From: Acidobacteriota bacterium
GTDB lineage: Bacteria > Acidobacteriota > UBA6911 > RPQK01 > JAJDTT01
Length of the DNA: 64,000 bases
NCBI GenBank assembly: GCA_965203535.1
Contig: OZ241897.1
Coordinates: 452,790-516,789 of the forward strand
Direction of reading: 5' to 3'
Part shown: piece after piece, positions 45,814-56,001 of the stretch
How positions within the stretch are numbered: position 1 is the first letter of the stretch
Layout: the number at the start of each line of letters is the position of its first letter
Translations under genes and position numbers: made by a program
The notes under the pieces: generated by a model
Databases searched by the model: none
The model's input: the letters and a program-made list of their open reading frames with translations, nothing else
Told to the model about the DNA's origin: nothing

Positions 45814-48003
45814 GTGTCTGCCGTTGGTTTTCTACTGCTGCTGGCCCTCCCCGCCATGGGCCAATCCCGGGACCGGGCAAGGGTCGAACTGGTATCCGAG
45901 CACGGTCCAATCATCGTCGAGGCCGACCGGCTCGTCCGGGAGTCGAGGGATCTCTGGGTTGCCGAAGGGCAGGTCGTCGTTACCCATCAGGACAGCACCA
46001 TCGAAGCCGGGAGGATGACCTACGACTCCCGGACCGGCCAACTCCTGATCCTGGAGAGTTTCGAGGTGAAACGGGGCGACCTCCGGCTCAAGGGTTCCGA
46101 TGGGGAGCTGAACCTGGAGACGCAGACGGGGATTCTGAGGCAGGTGGAGGGCTCCACCGACAGGAACATCCTGGTCCAGGCCGAGACCCTGATCAAAACC
46201 GGCCCCGACAGCTATGAGGCGCGCAACGGCTTTCTGACCGCCTGCCAGGAGGCCGTCCCCAAGTGGAGCTTCACCGTCGAGAAAGGGACCATCAAGAGCG
46301 GCGAGAGGGCTCGAATTCACCACACCTTCTTCAAGATCAAGAACATCCCGGTCTTCTACTTTCCCTTCATGTCGATTCCCACCGAGAAGAAGGAGCGCTC
46401 CAGCGGATTCCTCCTTCCCAGCACCGGCTCCTCCGACAACAAGGGCCGGCGTCTGAGCCAGTCGATCTACCTGGTCCTGGGCCGGAGCACCGACATCATC
46501 TTCCATGAGGACTATTACTCGAAGCGCGGTTTCGGCCACGGCTTCGCCCTGCGGACCCGGCCCAACCAGACCAGCTCTCTGGAGTTGGACGGGTACTTGA
46601 TCAAGGACAGCATGGAACAGGGAGGCGCCAGCCTCAACGGCCAGGGCGAAACCAGGTTCGGAGACGGCTACCGGGCGGTGGCCGATTTCAACTTCGTCTC
46701 CAATTTCACCTTCCGGCAGGTGTTCTCGGACAACTTCTTCACCGCCACCCGTCCCACAGAAAGCTCGACCCTCTTCTTGACCCGGAACCAGGGACCCAGG
46801 AGTCTCAACGTCTCCTTCTCCCGGGAAGAGACCTTCTTTCCGGAGGGGAACGTCGTGGTTCAGAGCGCTCCGGGAGCCCAGTTCCGACTGAGCGGCCACA
46901 GATTCCGGGACATCCCCATTTATCTGGATCTCGACACGTCGGCGGAGGGGTTGACCCGGCGCGATTCGCTGATGGAAACCTCCGGCCTGACGCATCGCCT
47001 GGATTTCTTTCCTCAAATCTACACCTCCCTCCCTCTGGGCCAGGGCCTCCGGCTGACTCCCAGACTGGCCCTTCGGGAGACCCTCTACGGGAACAGTCTG
47101 GCCCCGGCCGGCGACAGCGACTCGCGGGAGGTGTTCAGCGAGGAGAGCTTCTCTCGCCGGTATGCCGAACTGACGGTGGACCTGAAGGGATGGGGCCTCT
47201 CGCGGATCTACGGCGACCCTGCGCAGGGCGGGCGCATGAAGCACCTGATCGAGCCGACATTCCGATACCAGTACCGGACCGGCATCGACCGGTTCGACCG
47301 GCTCCTCCGTTTCGACCACCTGGATTCCATCACCGATACGAATGAAGTCGAGTACGGACTCTTCAACCGATTCTTCGTCAAACGCCGGACCCCGCACGGC
47401 TCCCAGACGCACGAACTGCTGGCCCTCAAGCTGGTTCAGAAGCACTTTCTGGACCCCGACTTCGGCGGTGCGTTCCAAGCCGGCGCGGTGAACCAGTTTC
47501 TCTCCTTCCATTCCCTCACCGGCTTTCCATTCGGGGGTCTGCGAAGAGGTTTCTCTCCCATCACGGCGGTGGCGCGCGTCACCCCGGAACCCCGTGTCAA
47601 TTTCGATGTCCGGACCGACTACGACCCCGATTTCCACCGCGTCCGAAACGTCGCGGTCATGGGATTCGTCCACAGCAAGCGGTTCCTTCTGGGCACCGCC
47701 TACTTCGTGACCCGGGAGCTGGAGCCCGGCACGATTCAGACCAACCAGGTGCAGGGACAGATCGCGTTGGGGCACCTGGGCCGGGGCGCGTCCCTGTCCA
47801 GCACCCTCAGCTACGACGTCCACTCCGCCCGATTCCTGAACTACCGCACCCGCCTCAACTATTTCTGGGACTGTTGCGGGGTCTCTCTTGACTTCGTGGG
47901 GTTCAACGTCGGGGTGCGCCAGGAGAACCAGATCCGGTTTTCCTTTTACCTCAAGGGAATCGGAACCATTGGGACCATCAAACAGCCGAGGAGCGTCTTC
48001 TGA
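45814..48003 (+). CDS. lptD: LPS-assembly protein LptD (OstA family outer-membrane beta-barrel)
   Basis: Signal peptide, N-terminal OstA-like domain, then a long beta-barrel region with alternating aromatic/hydrophilic pattern. GTG start. 729 aa. Confidence 0.8.
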   Translation: MSAVGFLLLLALPAMGQSRDRARVELVSEHGPIIVEADRLVRESRDLWVAEGQVVVTHQDSTIEAGRMTYDSRTGQLLILESFEVKRGDLRLKGSDGELNLETQTGILRQVEGSTDRNILVQAETLIKTGPDSYEARNGFLTACQEAVPKWSFTVEKGTIKSGERARIHHTFFKIKNIPVFYFPFMSIPTEKKERSSGFLLPSTGSSDNKGRRLSQSIYLVLGRSTDIIFHEDYYSKRGFGHGFALRTRPNQTSSLELDGYLIKDSMEQGGASLNGQGETRFGDGYRAVADFNFVSNFTFRQVFSDNFFTATRPTESSTLFLTRNQGPRSLNVSFSREETFFPEGNVVVQSAPGAQFRLSGHRFRDIPIYLDLDTSAEGLTRRDSLMETSGLTHRLDFFPQIYTSLPLGQGLRLTPRLALRETLYGNSLAPAGDSDSREVFSEESFSRRYAELTVDLKGWGLSRIYGDPAQGGRMKHLIEPTFRYQYRTGIDRFDRLLRFDHLDSITDTNEVEYGLFNRFFVKRRTPHGSQTHELLALKLVQKHFLDPDFGGAFQAGAVNQFLSFHSLTGFPFGGLRRGFSPITAVARVTPEPRVNFDVRTDYDPDFHRVRNVAVMGFVHSKRFLLGTAYFVTRELEPGTIQTNQVQGQIALGHLGRGASLSSTLSYDVHSARFLNYRTRLNYFWDCCGVSLDFVGFNVGVRQENQIRFSFYLKGIGTIGTIKQPRSVF

Positions 48004-48050
48004 CGAATTCCCCTGCCGAGGCGGCCATCCTGCTCTCGCTCGGGTCCAAT

Positions 48051-48542
48051 TTGGGCCGCCGGGAAGACTACCTGGCCCGCGCCTTGAACCGGTTGGACGA
48101 ACGGGGAGTGGAACCGGTTCTCTGCTCTTCGGTGTACGAGACCGAACCCGTGGGAGTCGTGGACCAGGGCCTTTTTCTGAATCTGGTCTGTCAGGTGGAG
48201 ACCCGCCAGACCCCCGCATCGCTGCTGGCCACCTGCCTGGACGTCGAGGTCTCGCTGGGCCGTACAGGCAAACATGCCCAGGAGCCGCGCAACATCGACA
48301 TCGACATCCTCTTTTTCGGACAGGAGGTCGTCCGCCGGCGGGACCTGCAGATCCCTCATCCAAGATTCCGGAGCCGGAAGTTCGTCCTGGTCCCGTGGAA
48401 CGAGATCCTGCCCTGCTTCAGAGACCCGATTACGGGGAGAAGTCCGGACGAATTGCTGCGAGTCTGTCCGGACCGGACGCGAGTCACCCGATATTGCGCG
48501 GCGACGCGTCACCCGGAGCCGGCGTTCTGGAAGATCGGATAA
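48051..48542 (+). CDS. folK: 2-amino-4-hydroxy-6-hydroxymethyldihydropteridine diphosphokinase (HPPK)
   Basis: Conserved HPPK blocks (GSNLG, YETEPVG, RNIDIDILFFG, LVPW). The homologous N-terminus AAILLSLGSNLG lies upstream of the track's TTG start. The true start is probably a non-ATG codon near 48000, overlapping the lptD stop. Confidence 0.8.
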   Translation: MGRREDYLARALNRLDERGVEPVLCSSVYETEPVGVVDQGLFLNLVCQVETRQTPASLLATCLDVEVSLGRTGKHAQEPRNIDIDILFFGQEVVRRRDLQIPHPRFRSRKFVLVPWNEILPCFRDPITGRSPDELLRVCPDRTRVTRYCAATRHPEPAFWKIG

Positions 48543-48881
48543 GGCTGCCACGAGGGCGCCGGAGCCGGTGCGATGCCGTGCGGCCATCACCATCGGCTGG
48601 TTCCAGTCCGTGGCGAAAGTCTCGCGAGCACCGAGACCGGGGCTGCGCCCGCCGGACAAGGCGCTCTGAGGGAGCATACCGGGAGTATGTGACCGAGGAG
48701 CAACGCAGTCCGCCGGGATGCAGACCCGGTCGAATGCCGTGACGACTTTTGCCACGGACTGGTATACTCGGCGGCGTTTTTCGGGACTTGCCGAGAGTTC
48801 GTTTTCCGGCCGCGTGACCGTGGTCGGATTCGGGGAGTGCCTCGGCATACCTGGTCGTGATCCGTTTGGGGCCGAGGCAGG

Positions 48882-49610
48882 ATGACTCAGACCGACCCTC
48901 AGGAAACGCCCGCCAGCCAGGAGAGCACCCTGCGGGAGTACTTCGTCACCACCGTCGTCTGCACCATCTTCGCGCTCTTCGTCACGACGTTCGTGGTTCA
49001 TCCGATGACGGTCCCCACGCCCTCCATGGAACCGACGATCCTGGTGGGTGACCGGCTACTGATCGACAAGTTCAGTTTTCGCAACGGTTACTACCCGGGT
49101 ATTCCGCTGGCCCCCGAGCGCGAGATCAGGCGGGGAGACATCGTCGTCTTCAAATTTCCCAACAATCCGGACACTCTCTACGTGAAACGCGCCATCGGGC
49201 TGCCCGGCGAGGAGTTGGAGATTCGAGGGGGATCGGTCTACATCAACGGATCAGCGTTGGACGAGCCCTACAAGGTGCATCGAGATTCGGCCCTCGACGA
49301 TGGCCGGAACTATCCGCGCGATCCCCATCGGGGCAACCGCCGGAACAATACGACGCCCATCAAGATTCCGGACGGCAACTATTTCGTCATGGGGGACAAC
49401 CGTGACGACAGCGCCGACAGCCGCTACTTTGGATTTCTGCCCCGAAGCCATATCGTGGGCCGGCCTCTGGTGGTCTTCTGGTCTTACGAGGACGCGTCGG
49501 ATGCGTATCTGAAGAGTTCGATCCCCGAGATGCTCGGCCTGTACCTGGAGAGGATCGTCTTTTTCGTGACCCGGACCCGATGGAGCCGGATGGGACACGT
49601 CGTCAGTTGA
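48882..49610 (+). CDS. lepB: Signal peptidase I
   Basis: TM anchor followed by catalytic Ser block VPTPSMEPTIL and Lys block, plus GDNRDDSADSRYFG. Confidence 0.9.
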   Translation: MTQTDPQETPASQESTLREYFVTTVVCTIFALFVTTFVVHPMTVPTPSMEPTILVGDRLLIDKFSFRNGYYPGIPLAPEREIRRGDIVVFKFPNNPDTLYVKRAIGLPGEELEIRGGSVYINGSALDEPYKVHRDSALDDGRNYPRDPHRGNRRNNTTPIKIPDGNYFVMGDNRDDSADSRYFGFLPRSHIVGRPLVVFWSYEDASDAYLKSSIPEMLGLYLERIVFFVTRTRWSRMGHVVS

Positions 49611-51286
49611 ACCGGAGGTCGCCGGGAGGCCAGGAGGATGCACCGGGGGTGATCAGAACGCTGCTGGCCCTTTGTTCGCGAACCGGGGCCTTTCCCGCCA
49701 GTTGGCGAAACCGGCTCTCCCACGCGGGAGTCCTGGGAATATTGGCGACGATCTCCGTCGGTCTCGTCCTCTGGTTGCGGACCGACTCGACACCGGCGCT
49801 ATCCTCCCCGGCGGTGCCCGCTGCAGTCGAAGCGGATGCCGGCCCACCTGCGGCCGCCCCACCCTCCCAGCCGGCGATCGCTGACAAAACCCGCCGGCCC
49901 GATCCCGGCTTGGCACGGAAAATCGACGCTCTGCTGGACAGCAAACGGTACCGCCGGGCCTCGTGGGGAGTCGATGTGCGCTACGTCGACGGGGGAGCCG
50001 TACTCTATTCCCGGAATCCCCTGAAATACTTCATTCCGGCCAGCAACATGAAGGTGTTCACGACGGCGGCAGTCCTGAACCATCTGGGACCCGACTTCCG
50101 ATTCGAAACCCGCCTCGGCTACGAGGGGCAACTCCAGGAGAACGGGATTCTGACCGGAGACCTGGTCCTGATCGGAGGAGGAGATCCCGGCTTGGCCAAC
50201 AATCCGGGTTCCGGCTCCATTTTCAAGCACCTGGACAACATGGCCCGGGAGGTGGAACGGGCCGGCATCCGCCTGATCCAAGGGGACGTGATCGGCGACG
50301 ACTCCTTCTTCTCCTATGCGCCCCACGGACGCGGATGGAACAAGAAGGACCTGGAGTATCACTACGCCCCCCGAGTCTCCGCCCTCTCCTTCCATGACAA
50401 CCTCCTGAATTTGGTGGCCCGTCCCGGCAGACGGACCGGACAGCCCATCCGTCTTGCCAGCTACCCCTCCAACTCCCTTTTCCAACTGGTCAACATGGGC
50501 ACCACCGTCGCGGATGGTCCGCAAGCCACCGGATACTTCTTCCGGTCCCTGGGAAACCACAAGGCGGTCATCGGGGGCCAGATCCCCGTCAACAGTCCGG
50601 GCTGGACCCGCCGGATCACGATGGAGGATCCCGCCCTGTATACGGCGACACTCTTGAGGGACCGTCTTCGCAAGCGGGGCATTCGGGTCTCAGGCTCGGT
50701 CCGCTCCCGTCACACCGCGCCGGCAGACGGCGTGGAAACGCAGGTCATTTACGTCCACGAGTCCCCGCCTCTGATCCAGTTCATCTTTCGGGTCAACAAG
50801 GAGAGTCACAATCTCTACGCCGAGATCCTGCTCCGAACCCTGGGCGCCGTCGTCAAAGGCCGAGGCAGCGATTCGGGCGGATTGGAAGTGGTTTACGAGC
50901 TGCTTCGGGAAGCGGGCGTGCCGTTGCGCCTCACCGATATTCAGGACGGGTCCGGGCTCTCGGAGCAGAACCTGATCACCCCCCGGGCGCAGTCGATGTT
51001 ACTTCAGCACGTGGCGGGAAAGTCCTTCTTCCCCTTCTTCCTGGGCAGCTTGCCCATTGCCGGCAGGACCGGCACCCTCAGCGGGCGGATGGGGGGAACG
51101 CCCGCAGCCAACCGCGTCTTCGCCAAGACCGGGACCCTGTCCAACGCCATCACCCTGGGCGGATACGTCCAATCCCGATCCTCGGAACTGCTGGCCTTTT
51201 CCATCCTGGTCAACGACCACCGCTTCGGCCACTACACCGCCCGCCGCGGCATCGACCAGATTTGCAGCCTTTTGGCCAGGCAGTAG
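49580..51286 (+). CDS. dacB: D-alanyl-D-alanine carboxypeptidase/endopeptidase (PBP4, peptidase S13)
   Basis: SxxK active-site SNMK, SxN-like and KTG (AKTGTLSN) motifs. The track start overlaps lepB. An in-frame GTG near 49649 with upstream ccaggagga is a likelier start. Confidence 0.8.
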   Translation: MEPDGTRRQLNRRSPGGQEDAPGVIRTLLALCSRTGAFPASWRNRLSHAGVLGILATISVGLVLWLRTDSTPALSSPAVPAAVEADAGPPAAAPPSQPAIADKTRRPDPGLARKIDALLDSKRYRRASWGVDVRYVDGGAVLYSRNPLKYFIPASNMKVFTTAAVLNHLGPDFRFETRLGYEGQLQENGILTGDLVLIGGGDPGLANNPGSGSIFKHLDNMAREVERAGIRLIQGDVIGDDSFFSYAPHGRGWNKKDLEYHYAPRVSALSFHDNLLNLVARPGRRTGQPIRLASYPSNSLFQLVNMGTTVADGPQATGYFFRSLGNHKAVIGGQIPVNSPGWTRRITMEDPALYTATLLRDRLRKRGIRVSGSVRSRHTAPADGVETQVIYVHESPPLIQFIFRVNKESHNLYAEILLRTLGAVVKGRGSDSGGLEVVYELLREAGVPLRLTDIQDGSGLSEQNLITPRAQSMLLQHVAGKSFFPFFLGSLPIAGRTGTLSGRMGGTPAANRVFAKTGTLSNAITLGGYVQSRSSELLAFSILVNDHRFGHYTARRGIDQICSLLARQ

Positions 51287-51330
51287 GGAAACCGTCCAGA
51301 TGTCACCCCGACGCACCTGTTCCGACCGGT

Positions 51331-51552
51331 TCAAGGTTTCAGTCCGTCAGTGGTTGACCGGTCCCACGCGTCGGCCTCGTCACCCCCATCCCATTCATCC
51401 CACGCGGCCGCATAGTCGCGGGCGAGTTCCTTGGTACGCAACAGATGCAGGGCTGCACGCACCACTGCTGACCGCGACTTGAAGTCTCGCGTGCGTGTGT
51501 AGTCGTCGAGGAAGTGGACGTCTTCTTCACGGAGGCTGATGCTGAGTTTCAT
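51331..51552 (-). CDS. Ribbon-helix-helix (CopG/ParD-like) antitoxin-type protein, orphan
   Basis: 73 aa from the ATG at 51552 (verified). MKLSISLREEDVHFLDDYTRTRDFKSRSAVVRAALHLL has the RHH beta-alpha-alpha pattern. No toxin partner is adjacent. The track ORF extends upstream to 51750. Confidence 0.55.
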   Translation of the reverse strand: MKLSISLREEDVHFLDDYTRTRDFKSRSAVVRAALHLLRTKELARDYAAAWDEWDGGDEADAWDRSTTDGLKP

Positions 51553-51661
51553 CTCTCGAATGCTACCTGAAATGCTACCGGTGATCGGGGTCAGCGTGAG
51601 GAGCAACGCCGAGACCCAGTTGGCGCCTTTCGGGCGAGAACTGCAGCATCTTCCCAAGGCC

Positions 51662-52831
51662 TCAGCGACTGACACCAACCCGGTCGGCCTTCCTTCCGGC
51701 GCGTGCGGAACGGGGACCCTGGTCGATGGTCTCCCGGTAGTAGGCCTCATAGAGGGGCGCGACGTGTTGCGCCGAATACTCGAGGGATCGCTCCCGGCAA
51801 TTGATTCTGAGTTGCCTCAGCCGATCTTCCGCAAGCAGGCTCACAGAGGCCTGAGCCATGCCGGCCACGTCACCTACCGGGTGGAGAAGGCCGGTCTCGC
51901 CTTCCTGGATCAACTCCGGGACCCCTCCCACGCGCGTGGCCACCACCGGAACTCCGCAGGCCATGGCCTCCAGCGCCGCCAGACCAAAGCTCTCGGTCTC
52001 GCTAGGCAGCAGCATGACGTCGCAGACCGAAAGGTAATTTTCGATGGCGTCCACCATGCCGACGAAGAAGACCGAGTCACTAATCCCCAACTCGCTGGCC
52101 AAGTACTGGGCGTTGGAACGCTCGCCCCCGTCGCCGATCATGAGCAGGACGGCCGGAATCTGCTGTTGCACGCGGTGAAAGACCCGAACCACGTCGTCCA
52201 CCCGCTTGACCGGCCTGAAATTGGACAGGTGGACCAGGATCTTCTCGCCGCGGGGGGCGAACCGCCGGTGAATCTCGGGCGAAAAGCGCCGCTGCATGCG
52301 GTCCACGTCCACGAAGTTGGGAATCACGCGGATATCGCATTCGCTGCAGAATTCCTTGAGCGTCGCCTCCTTGAGGAAATGGCTCACCGCGGTGACCCCG
52401 TCGCTCTGACGGAGTCCGAACTGGGTGACGGGCAGATAGGAATGGTCCCGGCCCACCAGTGTGATGTCGGTGCCGTGCAGCGTCGTGATCACCGGAACCC
52501 AGCGGGGATGGATCATCTCCCGGGCCAGGTAGCCGCTGATGGCGTGGGGAATCGCGTAGTGGACGTGCAGCAGGTCGAGATCTTCCCGCTTGATCACCTC
52601 CACCATCTTGGTGGCCAGGGCCAGGTCGTAGGGAACGTACTCGAAGAGGGGGTAGGCCATGGCTTCCACTTCATGGAAGAAGATGCGTTCCCCCAACTCC
52701 AGAAGGCGGCTGGGCATGGACGAGCTGATGATGTGAACCCGGTGACCCCTCTGGGCCAGGCACTGGGACAACTCGGTCGCGACGATGCCGCTGCCGCCGT
52801 AGGTCGGATAGCACGTGATGCCGACGTTCAT
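51662..52831 (-). CDS. bshA: N-acetyl-alpha-D-glucosaminyl L-malate synthase (bacillithiol biosynthesis GT4 glycosyltransferase)
   Basis: Collinear with Bacillus BshA over the full length: [76 protein letters not shown]. Confidence 0.8.
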   Translation of the reverse strand: MNVGITCYPTYGGSGIVATELSQCLAQRGHRVHIISSSMPSRLLELGERIFFHEVEAMAYPLFEYVPYDLALATKMVEVIKREDLDLLHVHYAIPHAISGYLAREMIHPRWVPVITTLHGTDITLVGRDHSYLPVTQFGLRQSDGVTAVSHFLKEATLKEFCSECDIRVIPNFVDVDRMQRRFSPEIHRRFAPRGEKILVHLSNFRPVKRVDDVVRVFHRVQQQIPAVLLMIGDGGERSNAQYLASELGISDSVFFVGMVDAIENYLSVCDVMLLPSETESFGLAALEAMACGVPVVATRVGGVPELIQEGETGLLHPVGDVAGMAQASVSLLAEDRLRQLRINCRERSLEYSAQHVAPLYEAYYRETIDQGPRSARAGRKADRVGVSR

Positions 52832-52912
52832 GGCAATAGGGGCAGCATTCCGGTCAGGCCTGCCGAGAATGGCGGGGTTGAACGCGCCGCGGTGATCCCG
52901 GCCGTCCCGGGT

Positions 52913-54241
52913 TCAAATGATCTCGTCCACCTTGAACTGGATCTTTTCGAAAGCTTCCTTGGAGATGGCGCCGGTGCGGCCCGTTTCCAGCTTTCGAGCC
53001 ACGTAGCGTTCCCCCTCCCGGGAAAACTGGAAGTTCCGGACGGATCCGTCCTTCAGTTCGATCCGGACCCGGACCTGAGGCGCGGGCAGATCGGTCCCCG
53101 CCTCGACGGAGCCGGCGTCGATGGACTCGAACTTGATGTCGTCCATGGGATACCAGAACTTGTAGGCCAATGCCTCCTTGTCCTTTTGCTCCTCCGGCTT
53201 CTCCAGGATCCACTTGTAGTCTTCGCGGCGGGCATGGATCTCCTGGTCCCCGATCGTCACCACGACGGCGGCGACGTCATCCTGGTCCACGTCGACGACG
53301 TCCTTGTCACGAAACTCCCACAGCTCCTGGACCAGCTTGTCCCGGACCTCCTTGCCGATGCTGAAAACCGGAGACCGGGCGGCATTGCGCGCCAGATACT
53401 GTTCCTCGGCTTCCTCGAATTCGTTGCCCAGCTCGAGGGTTTCCCACTGATCCTGCCCCTCCTGCTGGAAGCGGACCCTCAGTTGCGGTTCCTCCAGCCC
53501 GTACCGGCCCAGTTCATCGCTCTCCTCGGCGACGAACTGCTTGGCCTCGGCGAATTCCAGGGAGGACAGGAGACCACTGACGGCGCTCTGGTCGGCCGCC
53601 TCCTGCAGAGGCGATTCCAGCATCCAATTGCCCTCTTCCTTCTTGAGACGCAGCTTCTCGGAAGCGCGAAAGATCTCGACGACCGCGACCTTGTCCCGCT
53701 CCATGGAGACCACTTTCTTGTCCCGCCAATCCATCAACTTCTTGTCGGCCGTGGTGAAGAGCCGATTCGAGACCACGTGAACCTGGGACTCTCCCTGGAC
53801 CTGGACATAGAGGTTGCTTTTCGTGAAGTCGTCGCTGCCCACGCTCAGGACTCTGCTCTCGTCACCCGCCTCGACCGTCAGTTTGAGACGGGGTTCGGCC
53901 AGTCCGTACTCCTCGGGTCCCGCGCCCGCCTCCACGAACGTCCGGTCGATGCGCGCCGTCCCCAGGTCGCGAACCAGTGAGTCGACGCTGGTCTTGTCGG
54001 CGGCCGCCTCCAGCGGCGCCTTGAGGACCCAGCTCTCGCCGATCTTCTCCAGCAGAATCGGATCTTGTCCGGGCCGGTCGATCGTCACGGAACTGATCTG
54101 GTCCTGTTCCAGGCGCAGAAGGCTCTCCTCCCGCTCCTTGGCCGCTTGGCGGGTCTTCTCGCCTTCGATCTCGTAGAAGTAGACCCAGAGGACCAGGGCC
54201 AGGAATGCAACAAAAAGAATGCCGATCTTTTTCATGGTCAT
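52913..54241 (-). CDS. DUF4340 domain protein (GldG-associated periplasmic component)
   Basis: N-terminal TM anchor MTMKKIGILFVAFLALVLW. Repetitive beta-rich region typical of DUF4340. Immediately downstream of the gldG-like gene. Confidence 0.7.
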   Translation of the reverse strand: MTMKKIGILFVAFLALVLWVYFYEIEGEKTRQAAKEREESLLRLEQDQISSVTIDRPGQDPILLEKIGESWVLKAPLEAAADKTSVDSLVRDLGTARIDRTFVEAGAGPEEYGLAEPRLKLTVEAGDESRVLSVGSDDFTKSNLYVQVQGESQVHVVSNRLFTTADKKLMDWRDKKVVSMERDKVAVVEIFRASEKLRLKKEEGNWMLESPLQEAADQSAVSGLLSSLEFAEAKQFVAEESDELGRYGLEEPQLRVRFQQEGQDQWETLELGNEFEEAEEQYLARNAARSPVFSIGKEVRDKLVQELWEFRDKDVVDVDQDDVAAVVVTIGDQEIHARREDYKWILEKPEEQKDKEALAYKFWYPMDDIKFESIDAGSVEAGTDLPAPQVRVRIELKDGSVRNFQFSREGERYVARKLETGRTGAISKEAFEKIQFKVDEII

Positions 54242-54326
54242 CGTCCGGAAACCGCTCGGGAGCCGCTCCCGTCCCCGGAGCCATTCCCGGGAGGACACCG
54301 GGACGCGGCTCAGGGGCCGCCCAGCC

Positions 54327-56000
54327 TCATTTCCGCCTGAGCCACACCGCCATGCCGAAGACCAGGGTCACCAGAGGCATGAGGATGACGGTGGCCCAGA
54401 ACATCAGGGTCGATTCTCTCCGGGTCAGATTGACCCTGCGGTTCTCCGGATCCCTGGACTGGACCGCCACCAGGTCCGTGTCCTCCGCCAGCCAACTGAC
54501 GGTCATTCGAAGAAAATCGCCGTTGGCGGACGTGGCGGAGTAGGCATTGGTGGCGAAATCGGAATCGCCCACCAGGACGATGCGCGACTCGCGGGATTCG
54601 CCGTCACTCGCGCCGCCATCCTCGACGCCGGCCTCGGGGTCCGGTTCAGGAGACGCCTCTTCGGCGCTGTCCTCGTTCCCACCCTCTGCGTGGTGGGACG
54701 ACTCCTCTCCTTCCGCTTCACCACCGGTCTGAACCGTCTTCACGGCCACGGCCGCCAAAGCCAGGGGCCCTTGGATGTCCTGGTCCTCGTCGAATGCCGC
54801 CTGGTTGCCATCCAGGTCCGTTTCTCCCCAACTTCGGGCAGACGTGGAGAAGAGCTTCGACGAGCTGTACCCGAGCGGGCTATCGGTCGCTTGCACGCTC
54901 TGAGCCATGGGGAAAAAGGTCATGACTCCGCGCAATTCATCCGTAATCGGGTGGGTTTCGTAGCTGGAGACGATGGGCGCGGCCACGCCGAGGCCGAAGA
55001 GCTGACCCACTCCGCTGGCGTCGATCACCACGTTCCCGTCCACGCCCAATCCGTACTCCCCCAACAGGCCGTCCATGGAGAACCTGGTCCGGGGGTCCAG
55101 CATCAGAAGCAGTTTGCCTCCGCCCTCCAGGTATTCCTTCAGCAGCCCGACCTCATTGGGGAGAAAGCTCACCGTGGGACCGGCGGCAACCAGGACCGCG
55201 GGATTCTCGGGCAGGGCATTCTCCTGCGCCAGGTTGTAGCTCCGGACCACGTAGTTCTGTCTCTCGATCGCCTCCTTGACCTGGGACAACCCGTCAGGAC
55301 CGGACTCCTCCAGGCTCCGCTCTCCGTGACCGGTCAAGAAGTAGACGATCTTCTCTCCCTCGCGCGTCAACTTGATAACGGCGTTGGTGATCTTGGCTTC
55401 GTCGAAGTCATCCACGATCTCGGTCTTGGCCCCACTTACCACAGCGACCTGGCCGAAGCGTTCCACGTCGTACTGGGCCGCGCGGCCTGGCTCTTGCTGC
55501 GGGTCCACCACCTCATAGTCGACCCGGGTGGAAACGTATCGGTACTGCTGCATCAGGTCCTCGAAGACCGTGGACTGGATTTCGTCCTGGAAGAACCCCA
55601 CGACCTGGATCTCCCCTTCCAGGGCCTCGACCACCTTCCGGCTCTGGTTGGAAAGGGAGTAGAGCTGATTCTCCGTCAAGTCGATTCTCCGGTTGTGGCG
55701 GAGATTGAGGAAGCTCAACAGGCACACGATGGCGACCACCAGCACCGTGGAGGCTCCCGCGGCGGCGCCATGGCGTCCGCGGCGCGAGGTCAAGCTTGAC
55801 CGCAACTGCCCCAGGTTCAGGACCACCCAGAGAATCAGCAGGCCCGCGCCGCCGTAGATCGCCGCCTGGGCCTTCCAGTCCCAGAGATTGTTGACCGAAT
55901 AGTAGAAGTAGCCCCCGATCAGGCCTCCCGCGCCGGCATAGATCAGGGTCTCGGAGGTGCCGAAAACCGAGACCAGAGACTGAATCAGTTTCTTGAGCAC
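54327..56000 (-). CDS. GldG-family ABC-transporter auxiliary protein
   Basis: N- and C-terminal TM segments. GldG-like periplasmic domain with an acidic low-complexity insert. Lies in an operon with ABC-2 permease and ATPase genes. Confidence 0.75.
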   Translation of the reverse strand: MLKKLIQSLVSVFGTSETLIYAGAGGLIGGYFYYSVNNLWDWKAQAAIYGGAGLLILWVVLNLGQLRSSLTSRRGRHGAAAGASTVLVVAIVCLLSFLNLRHNRRIDLTENQLYSLSNQSRKVVEALEGEIQVVGFFQDEIQSTVFEDLMQQYRYVSTRVDYEVVDPQQEPGRAAQYDVERFGQVAVVSGAKTEIVDDFDEAKITNAVIKLTREGEKIVYFLTGHGERSLEESGPDGLSQVKEAIERQNYVVRSYNLAQENALPENPAVLVAAGPTVSFLPNEVGLLKEYLEGGGKLLLMLDPRTRFSMDGLLGEYGLGVDGNVVIDASGVGQLFGLGVAAPIVSSYETHPITDELRGVMTFFPMAQSVQATDSPLGYSSSKLFSTSARSWGETDLDGNQAAFDEDQDIQGPLALAAVAVKTVQTGGEAEGEESSHHAEGGNEDSAEEASPEPDPEAGVEDGGASDGESRESRIVLVGDSDFATNAYSATSANGDFLRMTVSWLAEDTDLVAVQSRDPENRRVNLTRRESTLMFWATVILMPLVTLVFGMAVWLRRK

Positions 56001-56001
56001 T

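Noticed and set aside
45832-48363. 843-aa minus-strand ORF antisense to lptD/folK
   Set aside because: Low-complexity composition. lptD on + has a signal peptide and OstA-like architecture.
48543-48881. ~340-nt intergenic region between folK and lepB as a possible ncRNA locus
   Set aside because: No convincing promoter/terminator pair or conserved RNA motif recognisable by eye. Left unannotated.
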